54,200 nt of DNA, taken from a virus (lineage: Duplodnaviria > Caudoviricetes). Within the stretch, counting starts at the first letter, position 1. Each line of letters begins with the position of its first letter. The DNA is taken from the IMG/VR virus record IMGVR_UViG_3300027747_003745, positions 1 through 54,200 of that record; one strand, 5' to 3'. Below, in pieces: positions 35,113-44,844 of the stretch. The notes beneath the pieces were generated by a model. The model did not search any database, was not told the origin of the DNA, and was given only the letters and a program-made list of their open reading frames with translations. The position numbers were made by a program, and so were the translations under genes.

Positions 35113-36363
35113 TTATGCTTTTTTATAAACCATCAATTTTATAATATCATCACCGTTAGCGTCTAGATTTGCAAGATATGCTTGTAAACCAGGTGTTATT
35201 GATTTACCGTCGATTTTTCCAAAAATTACAGGAGCTGTATGTGCATAAACAGTTTTCAATTTTTTAATTGCCTTCTCCGTGTTAGCATCATATTTACCAT
35301 TTGGTTCAATTTTAGCTATCTTGGGTAAAAGTTTATTTATTTTAATTTGTAGATCCTTAACCTCATCACTTTCAGTTCCTGATTTAATTGGTTTAAATTC
35401 GCTTGCATTTACTGTGTTTCCGCTATCACCATCAACATCAATATCGCTATCCTCTCCGGGATCTCCTCCCTCTTTATCCTTTGTTAGTTGTTCGCCACCT
35501 TCCTCATTTTCTATCTTATCAAGTTCTTTAACCTCTTCTTTACCTAAGATCTCTATAGCATCTATGATTAGTGCATTTGCTTTTTTTATTGAATCACCAA
35601 CCTTCTGGTCAAATCCTTGTGTCTCAATAGTTTTAGCTTGATATTCTATTTGATCCTGCTGTATCTTTTGGATCTCAAGAGGAATGTCTTTTATTCTTTT
35701 CTTTCTCTCACTTTTTGACATTTTATTCCAAACCTCATCGTCAGCTAATTCCTCCTTTATTTTAGTCAAAGCAGTTAAAGAAGTTTGGGCTTTAGCTTTT
35801 ACCGCCTCTGATGATGGTCCTTTCACAGTCCCGGTTAAAGTGGCAATCAGTGGATCTATAGTATCAACCAATGTTTTTCTAGCTTTTGGGTATATGTTTC
35901 TAAATATATTTTCGTTAATATATTCTAAAGATTCACTAGTGGCCTCAACAGCTTTTAGAGACTTTGCAAAATCTATTAGTTTAGCACTAACTGCAGTGTT
36001 TATCTCTGCTAGATCCTTTTTACCCCCTTCTGTTGTCAATAAAAGATCATAAGCGTTTTTAATCTCCTTAGACGCATCAATCATTTTATCAGCTGCTGCT
36101 ATATAAACGGTACTAACTTCAGGTGAAATTTTGTTTATTGCATTCGTAATGGCATCACCCTTTTGTTCTACTGGTGAATTCTTAATTGCCAAAAGATCCT
36201 TGTTAACATCGCTATCTTTGTAATTCTTAGCCTTACCATAAAGTGCGCTATAAGCTTGAAAGAAAAGATCTAATATTGTCTTAGCTGCGCTAGTTGACGA
36301 TCCGGTTTCTTCCTCATTTATACCATGATAGTTTCTGAAACTTAAAATTCTAAGTGGACTCAT
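35113..36363 (-). CDS. Helical protein with C-terminal peptidoglycan-binding-like domain; putative internal virion protein
   Basis: IKSGTESDEVKDLQIKIN..NGKYDANTEKAIKKL; N-terminus LRILSFRNYHGINE. Confidence 0.65.
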   Translation of the reverse strand: MSPLRILSFRNYHGINEEETGSSTSAAKTILDLFFQAYSALYGKAKNYKDSDVNKDLLAIKNSPVEQKGDAITNAINKISPEVSTVYIAAADKMIDASKEIKNAYDLLLTTEGGKKDLAEINTAVSAKLIDFAKSLKAVEATSESLEYINENIFRNIYPKARKTLVDTIDPLIATLTGTVKGPSSEAVKAKAQTSLTALTKIKEELADDEVWNKMSKSERKKRIKDIPLEIQKIQQDQIEYQAKTIETQGFDQKVGDSIKKANALIIDAIEILGKEEVKELDKIENEEGGEQLTKDKEGGDPGEDSDIDVDGDSGNTVNASEFKPIKSGTESDEVKDLQIKINKLLPKIAKIEPNGKYDANTEKAIKKLKTVYAHTAPVIFGKIDGKSITPGLQAYLANLDANGDDIIKLMVYKKA

Positions 36364-36382
36364 AAAAAAACTATTTTTTTTC

Positions 36383-36390
36383 TATATATC
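36383..36390 (-). promoter_or_regulatory. Putative late promoter GATATATA
   Basis: About 20 nt upstream of the 36363 start. Confidence 0.65.
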
Positions 36391-36395
36391 CACAC

Positions 36396-36423
36396 AAAAA
36401 TCCCGTCTTCAAAGAAAACGGGG
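36396..36423 (-). terminator. Intrinsic terminator closing the glycan operon
   Basis: Minus strand CCCGTTTTC-TTT-GAAGACGGG then ATTTTT. Confidence 0.75.
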
Positions 36424-36440
36424 CCTTTTTAAAAAAACTC

Positions 36441-37430
36441 TTATTTATTTGTGAGATAATGGTCTATCCAGTGGTTTATCATCTCATCTAGCATGGTTTC
36501 GAAGGTGTAATCAGGGACCCATCCGGTATCTTTTCTAAGTTTTGATGAGTCACCCTTTAAATTTTCAAGCTCCTCAGGTCTTAGAAACTTTTGATCAGTC
36601 TTAATATAATCTCTCCAATCTAGATCCAATTTATCAAAAACATACTGCACTAAATCTTGAACTGAGTGGGATATACCGGTAGCGCAAACATAATCTCCTG
36701 GCTCCTCTTGCTGGAGCATCATCCACATAGCTTTAACATAATCCTTGGCATGACCCCAGTCTCTAGTGGCGTTTAAATTACCAAGAACAAGCTCTTTGCT
36801 TAAACCCATCTTAATCTCTACTGCTCCCTTAACAACCTTATTAGTGACAAAATTAACACCCCTACGTGGTGATTCATGATTAAATAGGATACCATTAGAA
36901 ACGAAAATATCGTAGGAATTCCTGTAGTTTCTACATATGTTATACGAGAACACCTTCGCGCATCCGTACGGGGATACCGGACACATGGGGGTAGTTTCCC
37001 TCTGGAATCCGTCTGGATCTATAGAATTACCAAACATCTCTGAGGATGAGGCCTGGTACATTCTTATTTTAGAGTTGTGAATTCTTATAGCTTCTAAAAG
37101 GTTTAGTGTGCCTAGACCTGTAGCTTGAGCAGTATAGACTGGCTGGTCAAATGATATTCTTACGTGGGATTGTGCTGCCAAGTTGTAGACCTCATGGGGA
37201 TCAGATATCTTAAGGGCATGAATAAGGGAAGGTACATCAAGAAGATCAGCATAGATTAGATTATCCTTAATTCTATTATAAATTGAATTTAGTCTTGACG
37301 TTTGATTTTCAGAAACGGAGTTTCTTTTAACCGTTCCGTATACATCATAGCCTTTCTCTAGAAGAAATTCTGCAAGATAGGATCCATCTTGTCCATTAAC
37401 TCCTGTTATTAGTGCTCTCTTTTTTTCCAT
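36441..37430 (-). CDS. gmd: GDP-mannose 4,6-dehydratase
   Basis: ALITGVNGQDGSYLAE, NLAAQSHV, QASSSEMFG, SPYGCAK, NHESPRRG, RDWGHAKDYV. Confidence 0.97.
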   Translation of the reverse strand: MEKKRALITGVNGQDGSYLAEFLLEKGYDVYGTVKRNSVSENQTSRLNSIYNRIKDNLIYADLLDVPSLIHALKISDPHEVYNLAAQSHVRISFDQPVYTAQATGLGTLNLLEAIRIHNSKIRMYQASSSEMFGNSIDPDGFQRETTPMCPVSPYGCAKVFSYNICRNYRNSYDIFVSNGILFNHESPRRGVNFVTNKVVKGAVEIKMGLSKELVLGNLNATRDWGHAKDYVKAMWMMLQQEEPGDYVCATGISHSVQDLVQYVFDKLDLDWRDYIKTDQKFLRPEELENLKGDSSKLRKDTGWVPDYTFETMLDEMINHWIDHYLTNK

Positions 37431-38341
37431 TACATTCTAACTTTTGGGTAATTATTAATAAACCAATCGATGGATTTTTCTAGTCCCTCTTCGAATGGTG
37501 TGAATTTATAGTCGGGATACATTGACTTAAGAACTGAATTGTCGCTAGGCTTTCTTAATTGCCCATCAGGCTTACTTGAATCAAAGATGATTCTTCCTTT
37601 GAATCCAAATATCTTAGCCATAGTGTAAACTATATCTTTAATGGAGATTTCAGTTGAAGTTGATATTATAACAGGGTCGCTTCCTTTGTAATCATTATAA
37701 AGCTTCATTGTGATATCTGCAACATCCTCTGCGAATATAAACTCTCTGAGTGGACTTCCTGTTCCCCATACTTCAAAGTCGGTCCCTTCTTGATGTGCAA
37801 TATACATTTTATGAATCAAAGAGGGAATTACGTGCCCATCGTTAAGATTATAGAAATCACCAGGACCGTATATGTTACATGGAATTACTGTAAAGTAATC
37901 CACTCCATATTGTTGCTTATAAGATTGGATTTGAACTTGTCCCATTCTTTTAGCATAAGCATAAGCATAGTTTGTAAAGTGCGGAGCCCCTAGGTGTATT
38001 TTTTCTGGGCTTAGAGGATATTCAACTTTATCCGGAAAAACGCAGGTTGAAGAGAAAAAGACAAGCTTCTTTATTCCTTTCTTCATAGACTCGTGAATAA
38101 CGTTAGTGTTAATCATGATATTATCATAGTAGAATTCTCCTGGTTTTTGTGAGTTACCCAACACCCCTCCAACCTTACCTGCGCAATGGATAACTCCTTC
38201 GTAGTCTGAATTATGGATCAGCCGGGACACAAATTTTTGATCTCTTAAATCTCCATGCTTACTCGAGATCCTTTCAAATTCAGATCCCTTAAATTGGCTC
38301 CCTACTAATCCGCTGCCTCCTGTTACTAGAATTTTATTCAT
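37430..38341 (-). CDS. fcl: GDP-L-fucose synthase
   Basis: TGGSGLVG, AGKVGG, SSTCVFP, YAYAKR, PCNIYGPGD, HVIPSL, WGTGSPLREF, KPDG. Confidence 0.95.
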   Translation of the reverse strand: MNKILVTGGSGLVGSQFKGSEFERISSKHGDLRDQKFVSRLIHNSDYEGVIHCAGKVGGVLGNSQKPGEFYYDNIMINTNVIHESMKKGIKKLVFFSSTCVFPDKVEYPLSPEKIHLGAPHFTNYAYAYAKRMGQVQIQSYKQQYGVDYFTVIPCNIYGPGDFYNLNDGHVIPSLIHKMYIAHQEGTDFEVWGTGSPLREFIFAEDVADITMKLYNDYKGSDPVIISTSTEISIKDIVYTMAKIFGFKGRIIFDSSKPDGQLRKPSDNSVLKSMYPDYKFTPFEEGLEKSIDWFINNYPKVRM

Positions 38342-38364
38342 GCTTATTTTATTGTTTAAAGTGA

Positions 38365-39225
38365 TTAAATTTCACCAGATATAACTTTTATCAAAAATGA
38401 CTTTAAATTATCTATATCGTGATCTGGCGGGATTGTGTTGTTATTATAATGCGTCTCTTTTAAAATATCATAATATAGAGAATCGTTATTATCTATCTCC
38501 TTTATACGGTCAATCAATTTTCCCATATCCATATGATCATAATAATTGACAAAAGCTGATGTGTTCCAATCTAATGAAACTAGTGGATTCCCCCAATAAA
38601 TAGGTATGCTGTCAACAAGCTTAGGGTGAACTAGTTTTTCTGTGGTGTATCCTTCATACTCGCTATTCTCAAATGCAATCGTAAACTTATATTGATCTAT
38701 AAATTCTAATTTATTCCTAACTGTTCCTCCTATGTTATTAAAAACTATACCTCCTGAATCTACCCTTCTATATTTAGACAACTCATGGAAAAGCGTATTT
38801 CTAGCTTCCCCTCCATAGTTTGAAAAAACAAAATTACAGAATTTAGTCTTTTTTGATTTTATGAGATCAAGATCAGGATTTCTTGGAAATTCTTTTATTC
38901 CTTTTTCGAAGAGTGTTAGTGCTGAGAGAGGAAATCTGTGATGCCTGGGTTCACTTAAATGATCGAATGTTATGGCGTAATCACAAACTGAAAAATCATG
39001 TCTTCTATTTTCTCCAGTATAAAATATCTTCTTACAATTTCTAAAATTTTGATGATTTCCACCAAAGACGCTAAAAAAGAGAAAATCTGGATTTGTTTGA
39101 TCTATTTCAATTTCGTAAATATCTGAAAGTATTCTGTATATTGTGTTATCGTATTCGGTCTTTCCTGTGGGATCACAATCAAACCCGTGCCAAAAATCAG
39201 AGAAAGCTATTTTTATCTTTTTCAC
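38365..39225 (-). CDS. GT10 alpha-1,3/4-fucosyltransferase-like
   Basis: FYTGEN, FCNFVFSN, YKFTIAFENS..GYTTEKL, IPIYWG. Confidence 0.9.
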   Translation of the reverse strand: MKKIKIAFSDFWHGFDCDPTGKTEYDNTIYRILSDIYEIEIDQTNPDFLFFSVFGGNHQNFRNCKKIFYTGENRRHDFSVCDYAITFDHLSEPRHHRFPLSALTLFEKGIKEFPRNPDLDLIKSKKTKFCNFVFSNYGGEARNTLFHELSKYRRVDSGGIVFNNIGGTVRNKLEFIDQYKFTIAFENSEYEGYTTEKLVHPKLVDSIPIYWGNPLVSLDWNTSAFVNYYDHMDMGKLIDRIKEIDNNDSLYYDILKETHYNNNTIPPDHDIDNLKSFLIKVISGEI

Positions 39226-39236
39226 CTATAAATTTT

Positions 39237-39974
39237 TTAATAAGATTTATGTATATAATAATGCTTCTTATAGATAGCTCTGAGATAATCGTTTCTTATT
39301 AAATGATTGCAAAATCTTTTTTCAAAAGAATTTCCTCCATATACTGGAAATGGATGTAAATCTTCTTTTATATTAAAAATACCACCTATAAGCTTTTTAG
39401 GTTTAACCATAAAAATTTGATCGCTGACAACTTTGGAAAACCAAAATAGTTCATCATTATCTGATATATTGTAAGTATTTTGCTCGTGCATCCCGGTCTC
39501 TGTAAAATCACCGTTATTACCATATCCCCATGGTATTGTTGTCAGAAGAACTTTTTTATTTTTGGCTAAAATATTAATCGAATTCTCTATAAAGTCATCT
39601 ATTTCTATGTTTTGAATAATGCAATCTGCTCCGACGTTAAACATGTAATCACATTCCATTTTTATTGATATGTACATCTGGCAAAAATATTGAACAGAAT
39701 ACCAGTAAGCTTGTTCATCTTCCCTAAGATCACAATTAAAAAAATTTAAAGCCTCGTCTTTAACCTCTCTGTGATCAATAAACTGAATTCTATCTGAAAA
39801 AATATTAATTAGTTTATTTAATTCTTCTCTTGAATCTTCTCTTACGTTATTTACGATTGCTATTTTTTTAAAAACATAGGATGATTTAAATTTTAAAAAC
39901 CAATGGGATTCTCTTAAAACCTCTCTAAAATTTTTTTCGTATATTGTCGTTGAAAGTATTATTTTATTCAGCAT
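39237..39974 (-). CDS. Hypothetical protein, possible GT-A glycosyltransferase
   Basis: Cluster context; GADC, SDQIF and SFEKR segments; no firm family. Confidence 0.45.
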   Translation of the reverse strand: MLNKIILSTTIYEKNFREVLRESHWFLKFKSSYVFKKIAIVNNVREDSREELNKLINIFSDRIQFIDHREVKDEALNFFNCDLREDEQAYWYSVQYFCQMYISIKMECDYMFNVGADCIIQNIEIDDFIENSINILAKNKKVLLTTIPWGYGNNGDFTETGMHEQNTYNISDNDELFWFSKVVSDQIFMVKPKKLIGGIFNIKEDLHPFPVYGGNSFEKRFCNHLIRNDYLRAIYKKHYYIHKSY

Positions 39975-39990
39975 TAATGGTTTATTACTT

Positions 39991-40635
39991 TTATCCGTGA
40001 TTTTTTAGGGTAATGCCAATTTTTTGAAATTCGTCTATTATCTTTTTTTTACTTTCTAAAATACTAATATAATTAGGAAGAGAATCCCAAAATCTTTCGT
40101 GCCATTCTATGTAAATAACGTTTAAGTATTTTTTTAAATCTGGAAATTTGAGAAGTCTGGGTAGAACACTAAACTCAGACCCCTCTATATCACATTTTAT
40201 ATGTATGTTTGCATTTTTATCTTTTTTAACTATATTATCAATAATTTCTAATATATCTATACATTTTACTTCATATCGATCGATGTCATTTCTTCTACTT
40301 TCGTCCGCATAATCTTTCATAAATATATTATCAGAAATACAGTTAGATCCTGCAGGATTTCCGTGATGCATATTAAATTTTATAACCCCTGTATAATCAG
40401 CAATTGCTAAATTAAAAGCTTCGAAATGTTTAAACTTCTCACCTATAGTATTAATGTATTTTAAATTTGAATTGTATATACTAGGAGAAGCTTCATAGGT
40501 AAAAACTGTCCAATCTTCATTTTTAAAATAGCCATTATCGTAAAAATTATACATAAGCCCATTTTCACCTCTTCCTATATTTTCTGGCTCATATTTATTA
40601 AAAAAATTAGTTCCAAAATCTAAAAAATAATTCAT
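39991..40635 (-). CDS. FkbM-family SAM-dependent methyltransferase
   Basis: FLDFGTN, YEASP, KCDIEGSEF, IEWH. Confidence 0.85.
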   Translation of the reverse strand: MNYFLDFGTNFFNKYEPENIGRGENGLMYNFYDNGYFKNEDWTVFTYEASPSIYNSNLKYINTIGEKFKHFEAFNLAIADYTGVIKFNMHHGNPAGSNCISDNIFMKDYADESRRNDIDRYEVKCIDILEIIDNIVKKDKNANIHIKCDIEGSEFSVLPRLLKFPDLKKYLNVIYIEWHERFWDSLPNYISILESKKKIIDEFQKIGITLKNHG

Positions 40636-41684
40636 TTTGATTGTAATATTTGATTTAAAGCATGAGTTTTTTTGTAATTATACGAATCCGTAGAATAGTC
40701 TAGATAATTAGCTCCGGATCTATAATGAATTCCAAAAAAAAGTGGATCGTCAAATTTTTTAACAAAACCAAGTCTTAATGGGGATGGAAATAATTCGATA
40801 TATTTTTCTATTTTTGAAATTATATTTTTCAAAATTTCCGAGATGTATTCTTGGTAGTTTTCCCTATCAATTTCATACTCGAATGTTTTATTATCACAAT
40901 ACCTTTCTAAGCATTTAAAGCTTAATAATTCATAGGAATTATCTAAAATTAAATGATAATTAGAATTAGCGTTTAAACAGTAGTGTATGAATATTTTATT
41001 CTCATCTATTCTTTTAATCTCATATATGGAATGCTCTTCGAAATACAACTGTTTCATGTCTTTATTTTCTTCTATAAAAAAGTGTGTTTGAGCACCAATA
41101 TCACAGGGAATTCCATTTATGGGGGTCATGTGCCAATTTATATTCTTTAAATTTTTATTTTTATTTGTGTCAAATGCGCAAAACATATTCCACATATACT
41201 TTACTGAGGCATCTACAATTTCTTGATTTTTTCTATGCCCTCGATATTGAGGAATATATCCACATTCATAATTTTCAATAATTTCATTAAAATCAACATC
41301 TTCTATGAAGAAAAAATCAGAATCTATTATTAATACCTTTCCGTCTATTTCTGAGATTATGTTTTCAAAAGTCCATTGAATTGAATAGTTACAAGCATAA
41401 GGATCGGATGTATATTTTCCATTCACTATACTACCTGACTGTGCCTTATTTAAAGTTTTTTGACACACCTCGACATCGTAACAATCTATTCCTAATTTAC
41501 TGCAGGTTTCTTTGATTTCTGTATAAAGAATTTCGCTTTGTTTATCTCTATCTATAAAAGAAAATTTTGCATTATTGACTACGATATACTTAAAATCACA
41601 TTTGATGTGTTTTTTTATGCTTTCGTATTGGAGTGGAATAAAATCAGGCCTGTTATATGTGGAAGCTGCAATTATAGTTATCAT
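40632..41684 (-). CDS. Putative GT-A glycosyltransferase
   Basis: NRPDFIPLQY, DxD motif IIDSDFF, HYRSGANY; cluster context. Confidence 0.55.
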   Translation of the reverse strand: MITIIAASTYNRPDFIPLQYESIKKHIKCDFKYIVVNNAKFSFIDRDKQSEILYTEIKETCSKLGIDCYDVEVCQKTLNKAQSGSIVNGKYTSDPYACNYSIQWTFENIISEIDGKVLIIDSDFFFIEDVDFNEIIENYECGYIPQYRGHRKNQEIVDASVKYMWNMFCAFDTNKNKNLKNINWHMTPINGIPCDIGAQTHFFIEENKDMKQLYFEEHSIYEIKRIDENKIFIHYCLNANSNYHLILDNSYELLSFKCLERYCDNKTFEYEIDRENYQEYISEILKNIISKIEKYIELFPSPLRLGFVKKFDDPLFFGIHYRSGANYLDYSTDSYNYKKTHALNQILQSK

Positions 41685-42580
41685 CCATTTATTTTTTTAT
41701 TTTCTATATAGGACATTAAAAAATCAGAGGGTGTAAATCCGATAGAATTTTTAATCGACTCTATGTTTGCTAGGGTGTTTCTTGCTTCTCCAGGTCTTTG
41801 ATTAATATAAGTGATATTATTACTTATAAAAGAAGCAATTTCTTTTATCGAATAATTAACCCCAGACCCCACGTTAAAAATCTCTCCTTTAAATCTTTTA
41901 GAGAACTCTGCAGATTTTATGTTAGCGGATACAATTTCAGAAACGTGTATAAAATCCCTTCTCTGCTCTCCATCACCAACAACGGTTAAAGGTTTATTAT
42001 TAAAATATTGATTTAAAAATATACCAATAACAGGTGCATATTGACCCTTTACTGGACTTCTATCTCCAAAAACGTTAAAATACCTTAATATAGCAACATC
42101 AAAATATTTTTCGTATTGTTTACATAATTGCTCAGAGAAATATTTAGATAAAGAATATGGATTTAAACAGTCTAATTTTTCGTCTTCTCTAACGGGAAGA
42201 TTTTCAGTCATCCCATATACAGAAGAAGTTGATGATAGTATAAATCTCTTTATTTTATATTTTTTACACAACTCTAGAACGTTAAGTGTCCCAATAACGT
42301 TAATACTGTATGCATATACTGGATTAGCTATAGCTGTTTGTATCCGTGACTCTGCTGCAAGGTGAAAAACGTATTTAGAGTTCTCGAATATATTTTCGAT
42401 ACCTTCCTTATCAATTATTGAAATTTTATAATATCTAGCTTTATCGTTAAAATAAAATTTTTCATTAGAAATAGCAGATAAATCATCAATTACATGAACG
42501 TTATAATTTTTTTTAACAAGGGCATCAACTAAATGACTTCCTATAAATCCACATCCTCCGGTGACAATAACTTTATCCAT
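41681..42580 (-). CDS. NAD-dependent nucleotide-sugar epimerase/dehydratase (extended SDR)
   Basis: TGGCGFIGSH, HLAA, YSLSK, LRYFNVFG, RDFIHV. Confidence 0.93.
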   Translation of the reverse strand: MDKVIVTGGCGFIGSHLVDALVKKNYNVHVIDDLSAISNEKFYFNDKARYYKISIIDKEGIENIFENSKYVFHLAAESRIQTAIANPVYAYSINVIGTLNVLELCKKYKIKRFILSSTSSVYGMTENLPVREDEKLDCLNPYSLSKYFSEQLCKQYEKYFDVAILRYFNVFGDRSPVKGQYAPVIGIFLNQYFNNKPLTVVGDGEQRRDFIHVSEIVSANIKSAEFSKRFKGEIFNVGSGVNYSIKEIASFISNNITYINQRPGEARNTLANIESIKNSIGFTPSDFLMSYIENKKING

Positions 42581-43010
42581 TTTTTGAATTTATGATTTTT
42601 TTAAATTTAGTAGATGACCATCCATGAGACCTGTCTATATAAATTACTGGGATTTCTAATTCTGACCCGGTGAATTTTTTATTTCTATAATCGTCCCCCA
42701 GAAATCTTGTGCTAAAATTTCCATTTTTCAGTATTTTAAGCAAATCTTCCTCAGTTTTATAGACAACTACATCATCTACGTATCTTAATGCTCTTAATAT
42801 TTTCTCCCTGTCAGAAACTGAAAGTATAGGTTCCGTCTTTGAATCTCTCTCTATTTTTGGATTTTCGTGGAGACCTACAACTAGATATTCACAATTTAAA
42901 CTTGCTATCTCAAACATATCAATATATCCTGGATGTATTACATCAAACATTCCAGCAATAAATCCTCTTTTTGGCATAAAATCTTTACTTGTTTTTACAT
43001 CTCTTTGCAT
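42573..43010 (-). CDS. Cytidylyltransferase-family nucleotidyltransferase (TagD/RfaE domain II-like)
   Basis: GMFDVIHPGY, LVVGL, LRYVD, GDDY, R..GWSST; alternative start at 42977. Confidence 0.85.
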   Translation of the reverse strand: MQRDVKTSKDFMPKRGFIAGMFDVIHPGYIDMFEIASLNCEYLVVGLHENPKIERDSKTEPILSVSDREKILRALRYVDDVVVYKTEEDLLKILKNGNFSTRFLGDDYRNKKFTGSELEIPVIYIDRSHGWSSTKFKKIINSKNG

Positions 43011-43942
43011 TTCATTCCTTCTTTTGATATGTTAATTTTTTTAATCCCTGGATAATCCTGATTAAGATCTGTTGAATTTTTTTCGGTAAACAGTATAAAA
43101 TATCCACCGCCACCTGCTCCACATAATTTATGTGCTAAAATTCTTTTATCTGATAGTATTTTTCGATCTATTAATTCTAAATCACCTTTACATATTAACG
43201 GTGATAATTTCTTTTTAAGATCCCATGATTTATTAATAGTTTTTAAAAAAAGTTCTAGATCAACTTCTTCGATTGCTGTGTTTAAATTATCTACTTCCTC
43301 TAATAACGAAAAGCTCTTGTCTATATCTATGGTTTTTAATATATTTGTAGATTCCCTATTTACGTTAGTATAATACAAATACGTGTCAAAGTAATTAAAT
43401 ATTTCATCATTTAGATATTTTATAGTTGGAAGATTATCGTCGTAAAAATTGATAAATTTTAGGCCTCCCAAAGATCCGCCATAGAAATCTTGTTCCCCGA
43501 CTAGTGGGTTGAAGTTCTTTTCTATTTTTTTAGCTAATTGACATATGTCGTGATTATCCAAATCTTTCCCCTGAAGATGTGATATTGACTTTATTAGGGA
43601 CATCAGATATGATGAAGAGGATGCCAATCCTGAGCCTGTAGAGAAAACATCAGAAGTAAGATAACAATTTATCTCATTCACTTTCATCTCATCAAAGCAA
43701 TATCTGACTAAATCGTTCTTAATATCTGATATTTTATTAACACATTCTTTATCTGAGTAGTTAATAATATATTTATTGTGGAATGAATTGTAACCTATAA
43801 CATCCCGATGTATTATAGTGTAAGCTTTTAAATTTGAAGCAAAGCTTATGACAGATCCCATTTTATATTTTTTTAAAAAATGCGGATGGTCTGTAGATCC
43901 ACCCACCAGAGAAATTCTTAAAGGACAAGAGCTTATTATCAT
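42995..43942 (-). CDS. GHMP kinase, HddA-like heptose-7-phosphate kinase
   Basis: PLRISLVGGSTD, GSGLASSSS, G-x-QD, KLCGAGGGG. Confidence 0.85.
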   Translation of the reverse strand: MIISSCPLRISLVGGSTDHPHFLKKYKMGSVISFASNLKAYTIIHRDVIGYNSFHNKYIINYSDKECVNKISDIKNDLVRYCFDEMKVNEINCYLTSDVFSTGSGLASSSSYLMSLIKSISHLQGKDLDNHDICQLAKKIEKNFNPLVGEQDFYGGSLGGLKFINFYDDNLPTIKYLNDEIFNYFDTYLYYTNVNRESTNILKTIDIDKSFSLLEEVDNLNTAIEEVDLELFLKTINKSWDLKKKLSPLICKGDLELIDRKILSDKRILAHKLCGAGGGGYFILFTEKNSTDLNQDYPGIKKINISKEGMKCKEM

Positions 43943-43944
43943 AT

Positions 43945-44835
43945 TTAATTCATTAATAATTGCGGGAATCTATTTAAATTTTCTAAAAGCCACTTTGGAT
44001 ATGTTTGGTCTATTTCCATTTCCTGCATATTACAACCTCTAAAAAATATATCCCTTTTATTCTCTATATTAGCTCTTACGTTATCCTTTATATGGTCGTT
44101 GTTTAATTCTTGATGTCCACCAGATTCTATTTTAAAAATGACACGATCTACACCACCCATGTAGCTAAAATGCCATCCTGAATTCTCTATAATTTCGAAT
44201 GGATATCTTCCGGATATTAAAGCTCTTCCATGCAACCTCAAATCGTTAAGCGGTTTATCCTTTAAAAACCGATAAGAAGTTAATATAGTCCCTCTCCATC
44301 TATCTTCCTTAAAAAGATTAATATAGTAGTAATACATTTTTTGTTCAAAAGAATATGTTTTATCATATTCGTATGACCTTATTACACTGCTTAGTATCTC
44401 TGGATTTGGTATTTCATCAAGATCCCCGAAAAGTATAAGATCGTCATCATCACAGTTTAAAAGACCCCTATGTATTGATTCTCTCTGGAAAAATTCCCTT
44501 CCCCAGTGCTTTTCGTGTTTTTCCCAATTATTAGAATTCTTAACAAAATCATAAATCTTGTTCATGCATAATTCATCCTCGTTTTTTGGCTCTATCACGT
44601 ATGGTAAATCATAAAAATTATCTGGATTATTATCAATTTTCAGATAAATTATTTTATGTAAGAATTTTTCAAAAAGATGTTTATTTTCTTCGAAAAAATA
44701 CTTTTTTGGATTACCTGCAAATCCTAGATTAGATTCTCTGATTACAAAATAATCAACATAAGGATCTAATATATTTAGTCTTATCTCAAGAAGATCAAGC
44801 TCACAGAAGAACGGGAAACAGTCATATACTTTCAT
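43945..44835 (-). CDS. GT17 family glycosyltransferase (beta-1,4-GlcNAc transferase-like)
   Basis: VYDCF..ELDLLEIRL..VDYFVI-x-ESN..GNPK, EFFQR, DLDEIP, GWHFSY. Confidence 0.88.
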   Translation of the reverse strand: MKVYDCFPFFCELDLLEIRLNILDPYVDYFVIRESNLGFAGNPKKYFFEENKHLFEKFLHKIIYLKIDNNPDNFYDLPYVIEPKNEDELCMNKIYDFVKNSNNWEKHEKHWGREFFQRESIHRGLLNCDDDDLILFGDLDEIPNPEILSSVIRSYEYDKTYSFEQKMYYYYINLFKEDRWRGTILTSYRFLKDKPLNDLRLHGRALISGRYPFEIIENSGWHFSYMGGVDRVIFKIESGGHQELNNDHIKDNVRANIENKRDIFFRGCNMQEMEIDQTYPKWLLENLNRFPQLLMN

Positions 44836-44844
44836 AGTTTTTTT

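Noticed and set aside
38346-38373. GAAAT-N17-TAAAAT as a seventh ECF-type promoter
   Set aside because: Mismatch in the core, and too close to the fcl ATG to leave a leader.
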